A DNA stretch of 64,000 bases from an uncultured Coriobacteriales bacterium (GTDB lineage: Bacteria > Actinomycetota > Coriobacteriia > Coriobacteriales > QAMH01). The notes under the pieces are model-generated. The model was not told where the DNA came from, did not search any database, and saw only the letters and a list, made by a program, of their open reading frames with translations. Shown in pieces: positions 1 through 9,286 of this stretch (positions are counted from its first letter, which is position 1; every line of letters starts with the position of its first letter). A program made the translations under genes and the position numbers. The stretch lies in NCBI GenBank assembly GCA_934646835.1, contig CAKUES010000001.1, positions 42,090-106,089 of the forward strand, in the 5' to 3' direction.

Positions 1-2
1 AG

Positions 3-728
3 GTCCATGCCGTCAAACTTGTGCCGAACACCGTAATCGCGGGTATTAAGACGCAGGTAATCATGCAGCTCGTCACCTCCAAGGGCAGCGTTATCGCCGA
101 GTCCGACCTCGGCGGCGGCGGCTTGAACGGGAAGTATGGCACCGGTTACACCGCAAGCGTCAAGCTCTCCACCGACTACGGCTTTTTCAACAGGGGCCGC
201 AGTACGATATACCTGCCCCAAGTAGGCGACACAGTGGCGATTGAAGTCACGAAGCACACCGGGAATTACGAGAACGGTAAGGAAGTCGGTGCTGAGAAAT
301 GGAAGGCAATCCTCCTCGCACGCGAGCCGAATGCCGATGAGACCGGTCTGTCGGAGGCTGCTCAGAGTGTGAGATGCATCGACTACGGCTCCACTACCAC
401 GATCAGGGCATGGTTTGCCAAGGAGCTCCAAGACAATCTCAAGGCATCCGACTTCATCCTCAAGCCCAAAGACGGCGGTGATGCTATCGCGATCGACTCT
501 GCGAGCTCGTTCTTCATCACCAGGCTTAGCCTGGACGTAGCCTCAAGCGCGCTCACAGATGGCAAGGTCTACGAGCTCTACACCACCAAAGAGCCCTTCA
601 CCAAGAAGCTCGGCGAGTTCACGTTCGTCAAGTACGTGTACGTGGCGCCGACGCCGCCGACTGATACTCCTGTGGAGATTCCGACGGACAAGGAGACGAT
701 TCGCACGCCTCAGCCTGACAACAGCTAA
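3..728 (+). CDS. hypothetical protein, C-terminal fragment (5' end lies outside the window)
   Basis: The frame is open from base 3 to the TAA at 726-728; track ORF 21..728 is only the part after an internal GTG. Third positions are GC-rich. The Pro/Thr-rich tail PTPPTDTPVEIPTDKET suggests a secreted or surface protein. No family recognised. Confidence 0.45.
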   Translation, partial: VHAVKLVPNTVIAGIKTQVIMQLVTSKGSVIAESDLGGGGLNGKYGTGYTASVKLSTDYGFFNRGRSTIYLPQVGDTVAIEVTKHTGNYENGKEVGAEKWKAILLAREPNADETGLSEAAQSVRCIDYGSTTTIRAWFAKELQDNLKASDFILKPKDGGDAIAIDSASSFFITRLSLDVASSALTDGKVYELYTTKEPFTKKLGEFTFVKYVYVAPTPPTDTPVEIPTDKETIRTPQPDNS

Positions 729-788
729 CGATTGCCCAAGCCGTGACACCACTTGTACCAGTGACATTTGGTGTCACGCACTCCTCCA

Positions 789-816
789 AACGGGGTCGCA
801 GAACCGCGACCCCGTT
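789..816 (+). terminator. GC-rich hairpin downstream of the first CDS (candidate terminator)
   Basis: aacggggtcgc-agaacc-gcgaccccgtt forms a perfect 11-bp stem 60 nt after the stop. There is no clear U-tract. Confidence 0.3.
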
Positions 817-1192
817 CAGAGGCGGAAATGCCCAGCGGAGACCCCGTTCCAGGAAAACAACAGTTTGAGCGTCTAGTCTCAAACGTTCAAAAACTCGAAC
901 CACCCAGTTTGCGACGAAAGCCCCTCCCGCCTCCGCCTCCGCAAGTTGTCGCTATGCAAACAGTCGGCGGCGGCGCGGTGGGCGCGTGGTAGTATGTCAG
1001 GCTGTTATGTTCAGGGACCTCGCTCACATATTCCGACACATCCGCCGCATCGCGTCGTTTGACGCCGTGCAGGCGATGCCGTGCACCCCTGCAACACCCT
1101 CGCTGTCCTTCATGTTGATCTAGAGATCGCCGTCGCCGGCCTTGGCGCCGGCCAGCCGACTATCTCTCATATCGATCAACAGGAGGATTCCT

Positions 1193-2626
1193 TTGAGTCA
1201 ATCCAAAACCACCTCGCGCCAGGTGCGCATCGTCGGCGTCGTCGTCTTTGGCGCCTTCCTCGCCCTGCTCAACCAGACCGTCATGTCCCCAGCGCTGCCG
1301 GTCATCATGGCCGATTTCGCCATTGACGCGTCAACCGCTCAGTGGATCATGTCCATCTACCCGCTCGTCAGCGGCATCATGGTCCCCGTCTCCGCGTTCC
1401 TCATCGACCGCTTTAGCACGCGCAGGCTCTTCTTTGCCGCTACCGGCACCTTTGCCATCGGCACAGCGTTGTGCGCGCTGTCGCCGACCTTCTTCTTGCT
1501 CATCTGCGGACGCGTGCTGCAGGCTGCGGCTTCCGGCGTGCTGCTGCCGCTGGTAGCCGTCGTTCCCATGCTCGTCTTCCCCGTTGAGAAGCGCGGCACA
1601 GCCATGGGAATCGCCGGCATCGTCATGTCCGCCGGCCCTGCGGTCGGCCCCGTCGTCGGCGGCGCGATCATCGACTCCTACGGCTGGCGCGTCACGCTCG
1701 GCTGCATCGTCCCGTTGGCGCTCGTCATCCTGATCGCCGGCATGTTCCTGCTCGAAAACGTCGGCGAGCTCAAGCGCCCCAAGCTCGACGTCCCCTCCGT
1801 CATCCTCTCCACCGTCGCCTTCGGCGGCATGCTCTACGGCTTCTCAAGCGTGTCCTCACTCGGATGGACAAGCCCCGTCGTCCTTGTCGCTATCGCCGCA
1901 GGCTTTGTCTGCCTGGCGCTCTTTGTCCGCCGCCAGCTCAAGCTCGACGAGCCCCTGCTCGAACTGCGCTGCCTCAAATCCGGCGACTTCTGCGTGGCGG
2001 CCATCGTCGTCACGCTCATCAACGCAGCATGCCTGGTCACCAACACGCTGCTGCCCATCCTGCTGCAGACAGCCATGGGTGCCTCCGCGCTCGAGACCGG
2101 CATGGTCATGCTGCCCGCCGCTGCGGTCGGCATCATCATCAGCCCGCTGTCCGGCGTCATCTTCGACAAGTTCGGGCCGAGGACGATCTCGATCATCGGC
2201 CTTACGATGATGACGGCGGCGCTGTTCGCCCTGTCGCGCATGGGCGCGGACTCCCCCATCGTGCTCGTCGCCGTCCTGTGCGCCGCGCAGGCGGCTGGCC
2301 AGTCGCTGGCTAACATGCCCGTCAACACCTGGGGCGTCAACGCACTTGAGAACAACCTGATCGCCCACGGCAACGCGATTGCAAACACCGGCAGGCAGGT
2401 TGCCGGCGGCCTGGGCACGGCGATCATCGTGACGCTGATGACCTCCGTTACCATGAGCGCCAGCGCGGGCGGTGCTTCCACTGTGGCCGCGACCGTGTCC
2501 GGCACGAGCGCCGCGTACATGGCGTGCGCGGGCATCGGACTTGTCTCGCTCGTCTTTGGCATCATCAAGATCAGAAACCCCAAGAAGCGCGCAGCCGCTG
2601 CCGCCGCTCAGACCGAGGAGGCGTAA
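1193..2626 (+). CDS. MFS transporter, DHA2 (EmrB/QacA-like) family
   Basis: Track ORF 1142..2626. Many hydrophobic helices and the MFS loop motif LIDRFSTRRLF. I prefer the TTG at 1193 because AGGAGG (1181-1186) lies 6 nt upstream. Confidence 0.85.
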   Translation: MSQSKTTSRQVRIVGVVVFGAFLALLNQTVMSPALPVIMADFAIDASTAQWIMSIYPLVSGIMVPVSAFLIDRFSTRRLFFAATGTFAIGTALCALSPTFFLLICGRVLQAAASGVLLPLVAVVPMLVFPVEKRGTAMGIAGIVMSAGPAVGPVVGGAIIDSYGWRVTLGCIVPLALVILIAGMFLLENVGELKRPKLDVPSVILSTVAFGGMLYGFSSVSSLGWTSPVVLVAIAAGFVCLALFVRRQLKLDEPLLELRCLKSGDFCVAAIVVTLINAACLVTNTLLPILLQTAMGASALETGMVMLPAAAVGIIISPLSGVIFDKFGPRTISIIGLTMMTAALFALSRMGADSPIVLVAVLCAAQAAGQSLANMPVNTWGVNALENNLIAHGNAIANTGRQVAGGLGTAIIVTLMTSVTMSASAGGASTVAATVSGTSAAYMACAGIGLVSLVFGIIKIRNPKKRAAAAAAQTEEA

Positions 2627-2629
2627 GCC

Positions 2630-3145
2630 ATGACAGAGATCATCCCCGACAACATCCCCCTGGAGACCGAGGGCACGAGCATCGAGCAGATCATGGAGCG
2701 CGAGCCGTTTGCGTGCCCCATGGGTGCGACACTGGGCGAGGCATGCGGCCTGCTCATCGAGCACGGCGTATCCGGCATGCCCGTGGTTGACGACAAACAG
2801 CGCGTCGTGGGCTTCATCAGCGACGGCGACATCATGAGGGCCGTGGCGCAGCACCGCGCGCACTCCATCTTCAACGGCGACGCCGCGTCCATGCTGTACT
2901 TCGACGCCGCGCCGCTTGAGGATAAGATCGCCGAGCTCAAGACCCGCAACGTCATGGAACTGGCGACGAGCAAGGTCGTTTGCGCGACGCCCAACGAGAG
3001 CATCGGCCGCGTGGCGAACACGCTGTCCAAGCGCAAGTTCAAGAAGCTGCCCGTGGTCAACGCCGACGGCACGCTGGTCGGCATCATCCGTCGCAGCGCG
3101 ATTCTGCGCTACGTGTTCAGCGTGATGTTCGGCAAGGAGGAATAA
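2630..3145 (+). CDS. CBS domain-pair protein
   Basis: Two CBS-like repeats (GVSGMPVVDDKQRVVGFISDGDIMRAV and KFKKLPVVNADGTLVGIIRRSAILRYV). GAGGAGG precedes the ATG, which lies 4 nt after the MFS stop. Confidence 0.85.
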   Translation: MTEIIPDNIPLETEGTSIEQIMEREPFACPMGATLGEACGLLIEHGVSGMPVVDDKQRVVGFISDGDIMRAVAQHRAHSIFNGDAASMLYFDAAPLEDKIAELKTRNVMELATSKVVCATPNESIGRVANTLSKRKFKKLPVVNADGTLVGIIRRSAILRYVFSVMFGKEE

Positions 3146-3189
3146 GAGCGCGCCGTTGGCCAACAAAGCGTCAAGAGGGTCTCGCAATC

Positions 3190-3329
3190 AAAAAGATGCC
3201 GAAGTGTTAAGGGTTTTGGCGAACACGCGAGTAGACGGCTGTTGAAGCTTGCAAAACCGCAGGTCACAGCGTTGCGGATTCTTGGCTACTCGATGCTTTC
3301 GGCTAACCCTTAACACTTCGGCATCTTTT
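3190..3329 (+). repeat. family A palindromic element, copy A1 (most diverged)
   Basis: Terminal inverted repeats aaaagatgccgaagtgttaagggtt / aacccttaacacttcggcatctttt. The core is gagtagacggc...gcaaaaccgcaggtcacagcgttgc...ggctactc, shared with the other 5 copies. Confidence 0.8.
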
Positions 3330-3402
3330 CACGACATATGTTTGCTGTTGAAGCGTTTTTGATCGCCGGTGCAGTCGCGAAGCCCCTTTTGAAGACACCA
3401 TC

Positions 3403-3432
3403 CAGATTGTCTGAACGAAAAATCGTTCAGAC
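3403..3432. repeat. family C hairpin, copy 1
   Basis: ttgtctgaacga-aaaa-tcgttcagaca; the same hairpin recurs at 3675 and 3737. Confidence 0.75.
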
Positions 3433-3534
3433 ATTTACGGCAATCCCCCAGATTCGCCAGAGCAAGTCGAATTCATTCGACTTTGGCGTGGAAGACACAC
3501 TGGGCTTCGTGTGAGCACTGGACGGTCGCAACGA

Positions 3535-3621
3535 CACGTAGTCGCGAGACGAAGTCCGCGACACCTCGCAGGGGCAGCCGGTCCGCAGCACCAGATGGCG
3601 CCGACTTCGTCAGGCGCCTAC
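3535..3621. repeat. family B REP-like pair (variant B' 3535-3564 in minus orientation, B 3587-3621 in plus orientation)
   Basis: B' is acgtaGTCGCGagacgaagtcCGCGACacc. B is gcaccagatGGCGCCgacttcgtcaGGCGCCtacg. The whole ~140-bp block is repeated directly at 5106-5194. Confidence 0.8.
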
Positions 3622-3674
3622 GGGAGGCTTGCGGCTCGACGCCGCTGGCGCAGCGCCCTTCGCGGGCACCTCCC

Positions 3675-3710
3675 CGGTTGTCTGAACGAAAAATCGTTCA
3701 GACAACCGGC
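3675..3710. repeat. family C hairpin, copy 2
   Basis: ccggttgtctgaacgaaaaatcgttcagacaaccgg, a perfect 16-bp stem. Confidence 0.75.
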
Positions 3711-3736
3711 TCAATCACCCGAATACACCCAAAACC

Positions 3737-3771
3737 CGAATTGTCTGAACGATTTTTCGTTCAGACAATTC
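3737..3771. repeat. family C hairpin, copy 3 (opposite loop orientation)
   Basis: gaattgtctgaacgatttttcgttcagacaattc. Confidence 0.75.
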
Positions 3772-3812
3772 GCGGCACCCCCCACATCCGTCCCAAAAGA
3801 GAAGCCACAAAC

Positions 3813-4931
3813 CTACAGGTCCCTCTCCTCTGCGATGCGTTCGAAGAAGTACTCTCTGAATCCCGGCAGGCAGAATTCGAGCAAGCCCTTTGACCGCTCT
3901 TGGATAACACCATGCTGCAACAGACGTTTCTTGTATCTCGAAACATGACCGCTTCTCTTATCTAATCTGGCGGCCAAATCTGTCTGCTTCGTCGCTCCTG
4001 AGTCTTGCGTCATTGCCCAAAGGAAGGATTTGTCGGCTTCGCTCAGCTCAAACCACACCGCTTCGTAGACTCTTTCATCCAGCTCCTTGCGCGCGATGCT
4101 TGCTGCGGCGTTAACGCTTAAGATATCCACGATGTTTGAATCCTCGGCCATGCGCCAGGTGCGATAACCCGCAAGCTGTAACATGAAGGGGAAGCCCCCG
4201 ATAGCGTTAATCGCGGCTTCAAGAGCATCGGGCTCGAAGCTTTTGCCGCCGTCGCGCATCGTCCTTACCAGCGCCTCTTCGACTTCGTAATCGCTCAATG
4301 CCTGCAGCTCGTATCGTGCGGCTCTTCGCAGGAATGAAGTTGATTTACCCGAGAGCAGCGACGTTACCGCATACGGAAGACCCGCCATGATGAGGGAGAC
4401 CTTCTTCCCCTCGTCGAGGAAGTGCTGGAAAGCGGCGACGAGTGTCACCATTTCCTCAATATCAGGATTGACCTCGTCAATCGTCACTAGCAGCCCAGTG
4501 TCGCATTCAGCCAAAGCATCCAGAATATCGTCCATCCTTGAACGCCAGTTCGACAGCTCGCAAGGCGAATCCTCCAGCTCAATCGAGATGAGCTCGGCAA
4601 TTCCTGCTCCTTTGATTTTGCGCGAGGGGTTGGTATCCACCAGATGTCGTGCCGCTCGTTGCGTTCTGATAAGGATCTCGTCGAGCATCCCCTCAACGCA
4701 GGTAACGCGAGCCGTAATCCACCCCGAAGACTCGGCTGCGTCGGCAAAATAGGACAGGAGAGCCGTCTTGCCCATACCGCGCGGGCCGACCAAAAGGCTG
4801 ATGATCGCTGGATCGTTGCCTGTGCCGGAAAGAGCTGTCTCCACATCGGCGATGATCCTTTCGCGTCCGGCTATGTGCAAGGGAACCTTGCCGACCACAG
4901 GGGTGAATGGATTGTCGAAATCTATTGCCAT
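3813..4931 (-). CDS. AAA-type ATPase (AAA_16/Arch_ATPase-like) with C-terminal winged-helix-like domain
   Basis: Walker A GPRGMGKT, Walker B-like LLVTIDEV, and a C-terminal segment KQTDLAARLDKRSGHVSRYKKRLLQHGVI. GAGGAGG lies upstream of the ATG. GC is visibly lower than in the neighbours. Confidence 0.75.
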   Translation of the reverse strand: MAIDFDNPFTPVVGKVPLHIAGRERIIADVETALSGTGNDPAIISLLVGPRGMGKTALLSYFADAAESSGWITARVTCVEGMLDEILIRTQRAARHLVDTNPSRKIKGAGIAELISIELEDSPCELSNWRSRMDDILDALAECDTGLLVTIDEVNPDIEEMVTLVAAFQHFLDEGKKVSLIMAGLPYAVTSLLSGKSTSFLRRAARYELQALSDYEVEEALVRTMRDGGKSFEPDALEAAINAIGGFPFMLQLAGYRTWRMAEDSNIVDILSVNAAASIARKELDERVYEAVWFELSEADKSFLWAMTQDSGATKQTDLAARLDKRSGHVSRYKKRLLQHGVIQERSKGLLEFCLPGFREYFFERIAEERDL

Positions 4932-5105
4932 GGCCGCCTCCTCTGTTGATTACTTTCAGCATAGAATAGCAACCTTCATTAAAGTTTGCACGCGTTAGCA
5001 AAGTTTGTAATCGTTAGCTTCAGGGTGTTGTACGTGCTCCAGCGCCCGTTCTGAGCATGCGGGTCCTACAGAGGCGCACCGTGAGCACGGGATAGTCGCT
5101 GCAAC

Positions 5106-5194
5106 ACGTAGTCGCGAGACGAAGTCCGCGATACCTCGCAGGGATCAGCCCGCCCGCTGCAACCCGATGGCGCCGACTTCGTCTGGCGCCTACG
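5106..5194. repeat. family B REP-like pair (B' 5106-5135, B 5156-5194)
   Basis: Direct repeat of the 3535-3621 block, roughly 85 percent identical by eye over ~140 bp. Confidence 0.8.
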
Positions 5195-5243
5195 CGGGGC
5201 CTGCGGCTCACCAGCGCTGGCGCGTGCCCTCCTCCTCCAAAAA

Positions 5244-5281
5244 GAGAGGCCGCTGAATGACTCGCCGTTCAGCGGCCTCTC
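5244..5281 (-). terminator. intrinsic terminator of the MoxR-ending operon
   Basis: gagaggccgctgaa / ttcagcggcctctc forms a 14-bp stem. On the minus strand it is followed by TTTTT (complement of 5239-5243), 36 nt after the MoxR stop. Confidence 0.65.
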
Positions 5282-5316
5282 GCAATCAACAGCCCGCAGC
5301 CGCAAAGCGTCGCAAG

Positions 5317-6288
5317 TTACTCCCCGTCGGCGCAGTACGGCACGGCAATGGAGCCGAGGATGCTGTTGACCACGTCTTGAGCGGTGCGTCCCTGAACCTT
5401 GGCCTCGTGGCTCAAGGTGATGCGGTGGCACAGGACACAGGGCGCGAGCGCTTTGACGTCGTCGGGCATGACGTAGCCGCGGCCACGGGACAGCGCGAAG
5501 GCGCGGCTCAGCGCCATGAGCGCAAGGCCGCCGCGCGTCGAGGAGCCCACCTGGATCTCCGGGTTGGAGCGCGTCGCGGTGAGGATTTCCACGATGTAGC
5601 GCGTGACGAGCTGGCTGACGTGGACTTGGGTGGCGATATCGCGCACAGCGAGCACGTCAGACGCGCTGGCCACCGGGCGCACGGCCTTCTTGGCGCTGTC
5701 GCCGAGCTCCAGCACGCGCATCTCCTGCTCGAAGTCCGGATAGCCCATGGACAGCTTGATGAGGAAGCGGTCGAGCTGAGCCTCGGGCAACGGGTAGGTG
5801 CCAAACTGCTCGATGGGGTTTTGCGTGGCGAGCACCATGAAGGGCTCGACGAGCTTGTGCGTGACGCTATCGACGGTGACCTGGCGCTCCTCCATCGCCT
5901 CGAGCAAGGCGGACTGCGTCTTGGCAGAGGCGCGGTTGATCTCGTCGGCCAAGACGAGGTTGCTCATCACGCCGCCAGGCCTGAACTCGAAATCGCGTGT
6001 CTTCTGGTTGAAGATCGAGAAGCCCGCAACGTCGGAGGGCATGACGTCGGGTGTGAACTGGATGCGGTTGAAGCCGCAGTCGACGGACTTGGCCAGCGTC
6101 GAGACAAGCGTGGTCTTGCCGGTGCCGGGCAAATCCTCGAGCAGGACATGGCCCCGGGCGATGAGCGAGAGCACCACAAGCTCGACAGCGCCGTGCTTGC
6201 CCTGGATGACGGTGTCGACGTTGCCGACGATGCGCTCGATGACGGCCCTCGCGGCCTCGACCTGGCTTTGACTGGGCATCTCTGCCAT
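5317..6288 (-). CDS. MoxR-family AAA+ ATPase
   Basis: LLEDLPGTGKT (Walker A) and VLADEINRASAKTQSALLEAMEERQVTVD (Walker B/sensor block), typical of MoxR. Confidence 0.9.
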   Translation of the reverse strand: MAEMPSQSQVEAARAVIERIVGNVDTVIQGKHGAVELVVLSLIARGHVLLEDLPGTGKTTLVSTLAKSVDCGFNRIQFTPDVMPSDVAGFSIFNQKTRDFEFRPGGVMSNLVLADEINRASAKTQSALLEAMEERQVTVDSVTHKLVEPFMVLATQNPIEQFGTYPLPEAQLDRFLIKLSMGYPDFEQEMRVLELGDSAKKAVRPVASASDVLAVRDIATQVHVSQLVTRYIVEILTATRSNPEIQVGSSTRGGLALMALSRAFALSRGRGYVMPDDVKALAPCVLCHRITLSHEAKVQGRTAQDVVNSILGSIAVPYCADGE

Positions 6289-6303
6289 GTTGTTATCCTC
6301 TCT

Positions 6304-7086
6304 CTAGAAAACCGGCGCGCACATGCGCATGGGCTCGTTGTGGCTGTCCATGAACTCGACGATCTTGACGCCCACGCCGTAGGCGGCCCTCATGTTCTTC
6401 TCCGTGATGATCCGCGTCGCTGGGCCAAACTGCATGGGCGCGTCGCGCTGCAGCAAGACGACGTTGGACTTGCACATGAAGGCGTGGTCGGGACTGTGCG
6501 TGGTCATGACGACGGCATAGCCCTTGGCGGCCAGGTCACGTACCTTGGAGATAACGCGCATGGCGTTGCCGTAGTCGAGCGCGGCGGTGGGCTCGTCGAG
6601 CACGAGCAGGCGAGGCTGCTGGCACAGGGCGCGGGCGATCATCACCAGCTGCAGCTCGCCGCCGGAGATGTCCGTGTAGACCTTGTCGCGCAGGTGGTAG
6701 ACGCCCATGTCGTTCATGGCGTTTTCTGCGATGTTGTAATCCTCCGCACTCGGCTGGCCGGCAAGTCCCATTTTGTTGACGCGGCCGAGCAACACGACGT
6801 CTTTAACCTGGTATGGAAAAGGCGGCGTGTGGGCCTGGCTCACGTAGGCCATGGTGTCTGCAAGGCGCTTGGGGCTCCATTTGGAGATATCGTCGCCGTC
6901 GACGGTGACCTTCCCGCCTTGGAGCGGGATTAAGCCGAGTATCGACTTGAACAGGGTCGACTTGCCTACGCCGTTGGGGCCGAGCATGCAGCAGACCTCG
7001 CCGCTCTCAACGCTGAAGTTCACGTAGCGCTGGACGGGCTTGCCCTTCTCGTAGCCGCAGGTCGCGTCTAAAACCTCGAGTTTCAT
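6304..7086 (-). CDS. ABC transporter ATP-binding protein (FepC/FecE/BtuD-like)
   Basis: Walker A GPNGVGKST, signature ISGGELQ, Walker B LLVLDEPTAALD. AAGGAAAGG lies before the ATG. Confidence 0.9.
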   Translation of the reverse strand: MKLEVLDATCGYEKGKPVQRYVNFSVESGEVCCMLGPNGVGKSTLFKSILGLIPLQGGKVTVDGDDISKWSPKRLADTMAYVSQAHTPPFPYQVKDVVLLGRVNKMGLAGQPSAEDYNIAENAMNDMGVYHLRDKVYTDISGGELQLVMIARALCQQPRLLVLDEPTAALDYGNAMRVISKVRDLAAKGYAVVMTTHSPDHAFMCKSNVVLLQRDAPMQFGPATRIITEKNMRAAYGVGVKIVEFMDSHNEPMRMCAPVF

Positions 7087-7098
7087 CGTTGCCTTTCC

Positions 7099-7839
7099 TT
7101 AGCAGCAGCCGCAAGAGCAGCTGGAGCCACTGTCCTTAGCGCCCGCGTCGACCGCAGCGGCTTTGGGCTCCGCGGGGCGAGCGGTGCTCTGGTCGTACTT
7201 CTCGCGCAGGAAGCCGCGGATGTTGTCCGGCATAACGTACTCGTCGTATGCGGGCTTCTCGTGCGTGAAGACGACCTCGAGGAGGCGCTTGACGATATAG
7301 GCCACGGGCGGGACCTCGTAGAGCTTGCCGTTGAAGTCGAACTGGCGGCAGAAGACATCGTAGCTGGACAGGGTGCGGCAGCAGTCGCATTCGTTCTCGA
7401 TGACCTCGGGACAGATGTCGACGCCGTTGACGCGCACGGTGGGGCTGCTCAAGAACTCGAAGCGGTCTGCCAGGTACTCGTTCTCGATCTCCACCTTGTT
7501 CATGACGATGTTGTAGCCGGCCATGTCCATGATGGGGCGCACCTGCTCGACGGCGGCAGCCACGCGCGCATCTGTACCCTGGCAACGGTCGCAAACGCTC
7601 TGGTCGAGGTAGAGGTAGTCGACGATGACGACCTCCTTGCGGCCGAGGTTGGGGTCGTCTTGCGTGGCATCGGGGTCACAGCAGCCGTTGGACTCGCCGC
7701 TGCCGCAGCAGCAGTCGGAGTCATCACCGCAGCAGCAGCTCTCCTTGGCCTCGGAGTGCTTCGAGCCACCACAGCAGCAGCTCTCCTCCTTCTCCTTCTT
7801 GGTCTCACCAGAGCAGCAGCAGTCGTTATTCTTCGTCAT
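7099..7839 (-). CDS. poly-cysteine protein with DUF2703-like (thioredoxin-like) core
   Basis: The N-terminus reads CCCSG..CCCGG..CCCGDDSDCCCGSGESNGCC and the C-terminus CSCGCC. The core VVIVDYLYLDQSVCDRCQGT...SSPTVRVNGVDI resembles DUF2703 as I recall it. The ATG at 7839 (GGGAGG 8 nt upstream) is preferred over the TTG at 7845. Confidence 0.7.
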   Translation of the reverse strand: MTKNNDCCCSGETKKEKEESCCCGGSKHSEAKESCCCGDDSDCCCGSGESNGCCDPDATQDDPNLGRKEVVIVDYLYLDQSVCDRCQGTDARVAAAVEQVRPIMDMAGYNIVMNKVEIENEYLADRFEFLSSPTVRVNGVDICPEVIENECDCCRTLSSYDVFCRQFDFNGKLYEVPPVAYIVKRLLEVVFTHEKPAYDEYVMPDNIRGFLREKYDQSTARPAEPKAAAVDAGAKDSGSSCSCGCC

Positions 7840-7939
7840 ACTCAATACCTCCCATTTTCAGACGGGCATGTGCCCGTCACCACAAACAGTGCAAGTAGCC
7901 AACAGGGCCAGCATGTTGCCAGGCCCTTGCAAGGCAGAA

Positions 7940-9286
7940 TCACAGCGTCAGATGTCGTATTCGATAGCCAAACAGCCCGAGCTCCTTGCGCGCTTTTCGA
8001 TAGAAGCTCTCGTACAGGTAATCCATGGCCTTGAGATCCTCATCAGCCACAGGCACATCGCCGTACTGCTGCGCAACGAACAAGGCCGTCAGGTGATCGA
8101 AGGAACCCGCCTCCTGCGCCCCCGCAAAGGGATAGATGCGCTCCCTGAACTTGTTGGCGTAGTCGACCGGAGTCATAGCATCTGGCTTGGCAAAGCCCAG
8201 CTTGGCAAAACGCGACAAGAAGAATCGATACAACGTGATGACGTAAGTCCCGTTGCCCTTGTTGCGCATGCGCTGCCAGCGGACCTTCCTAACCACAAAG
8301 CGAGGGAGCACGAGCAAGACCACGACCAGCACGAAGACGATCAGGATAAGAAGCGGCCAAGGAATGCTCGAGTTGAGCGCGACCTTCCGCGCACCTTCGA
8401 CAAGGTCGGCAAGGTCGATGTCCGAGTACTTGCCGGAGAGGTAGTTCTCCTTCTTCTGCGGCGCGCTTGTCCCGCTCTCGTCATGTTGCTCTGAGCTCTC
8501 GTCGATCTTCTTGTCAGTCGTCGTCTTGGGATCAAGGCTCTCGTCGACATTCGAGCTGGTCACGACGTTGTCCGTGTCGGGCGACAGCGAAACCACTCCC
8601 TTGACAGGCTGCTCCTCGTAAGCGAGGTAGATCGTCTGCAGCTTGATCGTCGCATGGGGCGGATTGAGCGGCATGACGATACCGATCACAATAACGGAGG
8701 CAACGAGGCACAAGGCGAGCGGCAAGCCGACGACAGAAGCCACAAGCTTTGCCGGCAGCTTCCCGCCTGCAGCAGCGGCGGGCTGAGCTCCAAACCTCAA
8801 AGCAAGCAGCGCCAAGGCCGCAACGGCGAAGACGAAAGTGCTGACGAGCATGTTGGCGGTGTACATCAGCTGGATGTAACTGCAGGCGAACAAGCCCAAG
8901 GCAAACAACGCGACGCAGCCGAGGTGCTTGCGTGAGCAAGCGAACACCACGGCGTTCACGATGCCGACAAGCGCGCAGAAGACGAAGAGGTTCTCCGGCA
9001 CGTCTTCAACGGGGTTGACCTGCGGGGAGACGGCAACCGCCGCAGCGCACGATGCGACAAGCAGCGCTGCGAATGCCGCGCGCGAGCCCCATCGCCAGGA
9101 GGGGCGTGCAGCCCCCACACCCAAAACCACCTGAGCGACAGAGCAGGCCGCAAGGTTGAGGGCAAGGTTGTGGTGGATAGCGTCGCTGACGTTGAAACCG
9201 CCTTGGACAATGAGTTCAAGCGAGCATGCAGCGACGACGCACAGCAGCAGCTCGAACCCAAGCAACAGCTTCGTACCCTTACTCAT
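7940..9286 (-). CDS. multi-pass membrane protein with DUF4129-like C-terminal domain
   Basis: About 7 hydrophobic helices, an acidic/Ser-rich linker, one further TM helix, then MTPVDYANKFRERIYPF...YLYESFYRKAR. This resembles the DUF4129 tail of transglutaminase-type partners of MoxR/DUF58. The ATG at 9286 overlaps the DUF58 stop (ATGAGTAA). Confidence 0.55.
   Translation of the reverse strand: MSKGTKLLLGFELLLCVVAACSLELIVQGGFNVSDAIHHNLALNLAACSVAQVVLGVGAARPSWRWGSRAAFAALLVASCAAAVAVSPQVNPVEDVPENLFVFCALVGIVNAVVFACSRKHLGCVALFALGLFACSYIQLMYTANMLVSTFVFAVAALALLALRFGAQPAAAAGGKLPAKLVASVVGLPLALCLVASVIVIGIVMPLNPPHATIKLQTIYLAYEEQPVKGVVSLSPDTDNVVTSSNVDESLDPKTTTDKKIDESSEQHDESGTSAPQKKENYLSGKYSDIDLADLVEGARKVALNSSIPWPLLILIVFVLVVVLLVLPRFVVRKVRWQRMRNKGNGTYVITLYRFFLSRFAKLGFAKPDAMTPVDYANKFRERIYPFAGAQEAGSFDHLTALFVAQQYGDVPVADEDLKAMDYLYESFYRKARKELGLFGYRIRHLTL

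Noticed and set aside
3190-3329. Family A elements as integron attC sites / gene cassettes
   Set aside because: There is no integrase in the window. The terminal motifs (GTTAAGG / CCTTAAC) do not fit the GTTRRRY / RYYYAAC cores, and the copies are not arranged at regular cassette boundaries.
5257-6933. Very long ORFs antisense to recognised genes (for example 5257..6933, 9156..10766, 12021..13079, 13262..14956, 16650..18320, 23337..24593, 25196..26797, 29653..32517, 36066..37163, 37284..38492, 39662..41299, 43678..45222, 50494..51783, 54026..56362)
   Set aside because: Their translations are Arg/Ala/Gly/Asp/His/Val-rich and low in complexity, with no recognisable motifs. Each lies opposite a gene with clear family signatures. 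This is the typical stop-codon depletion of high-GC DNA.
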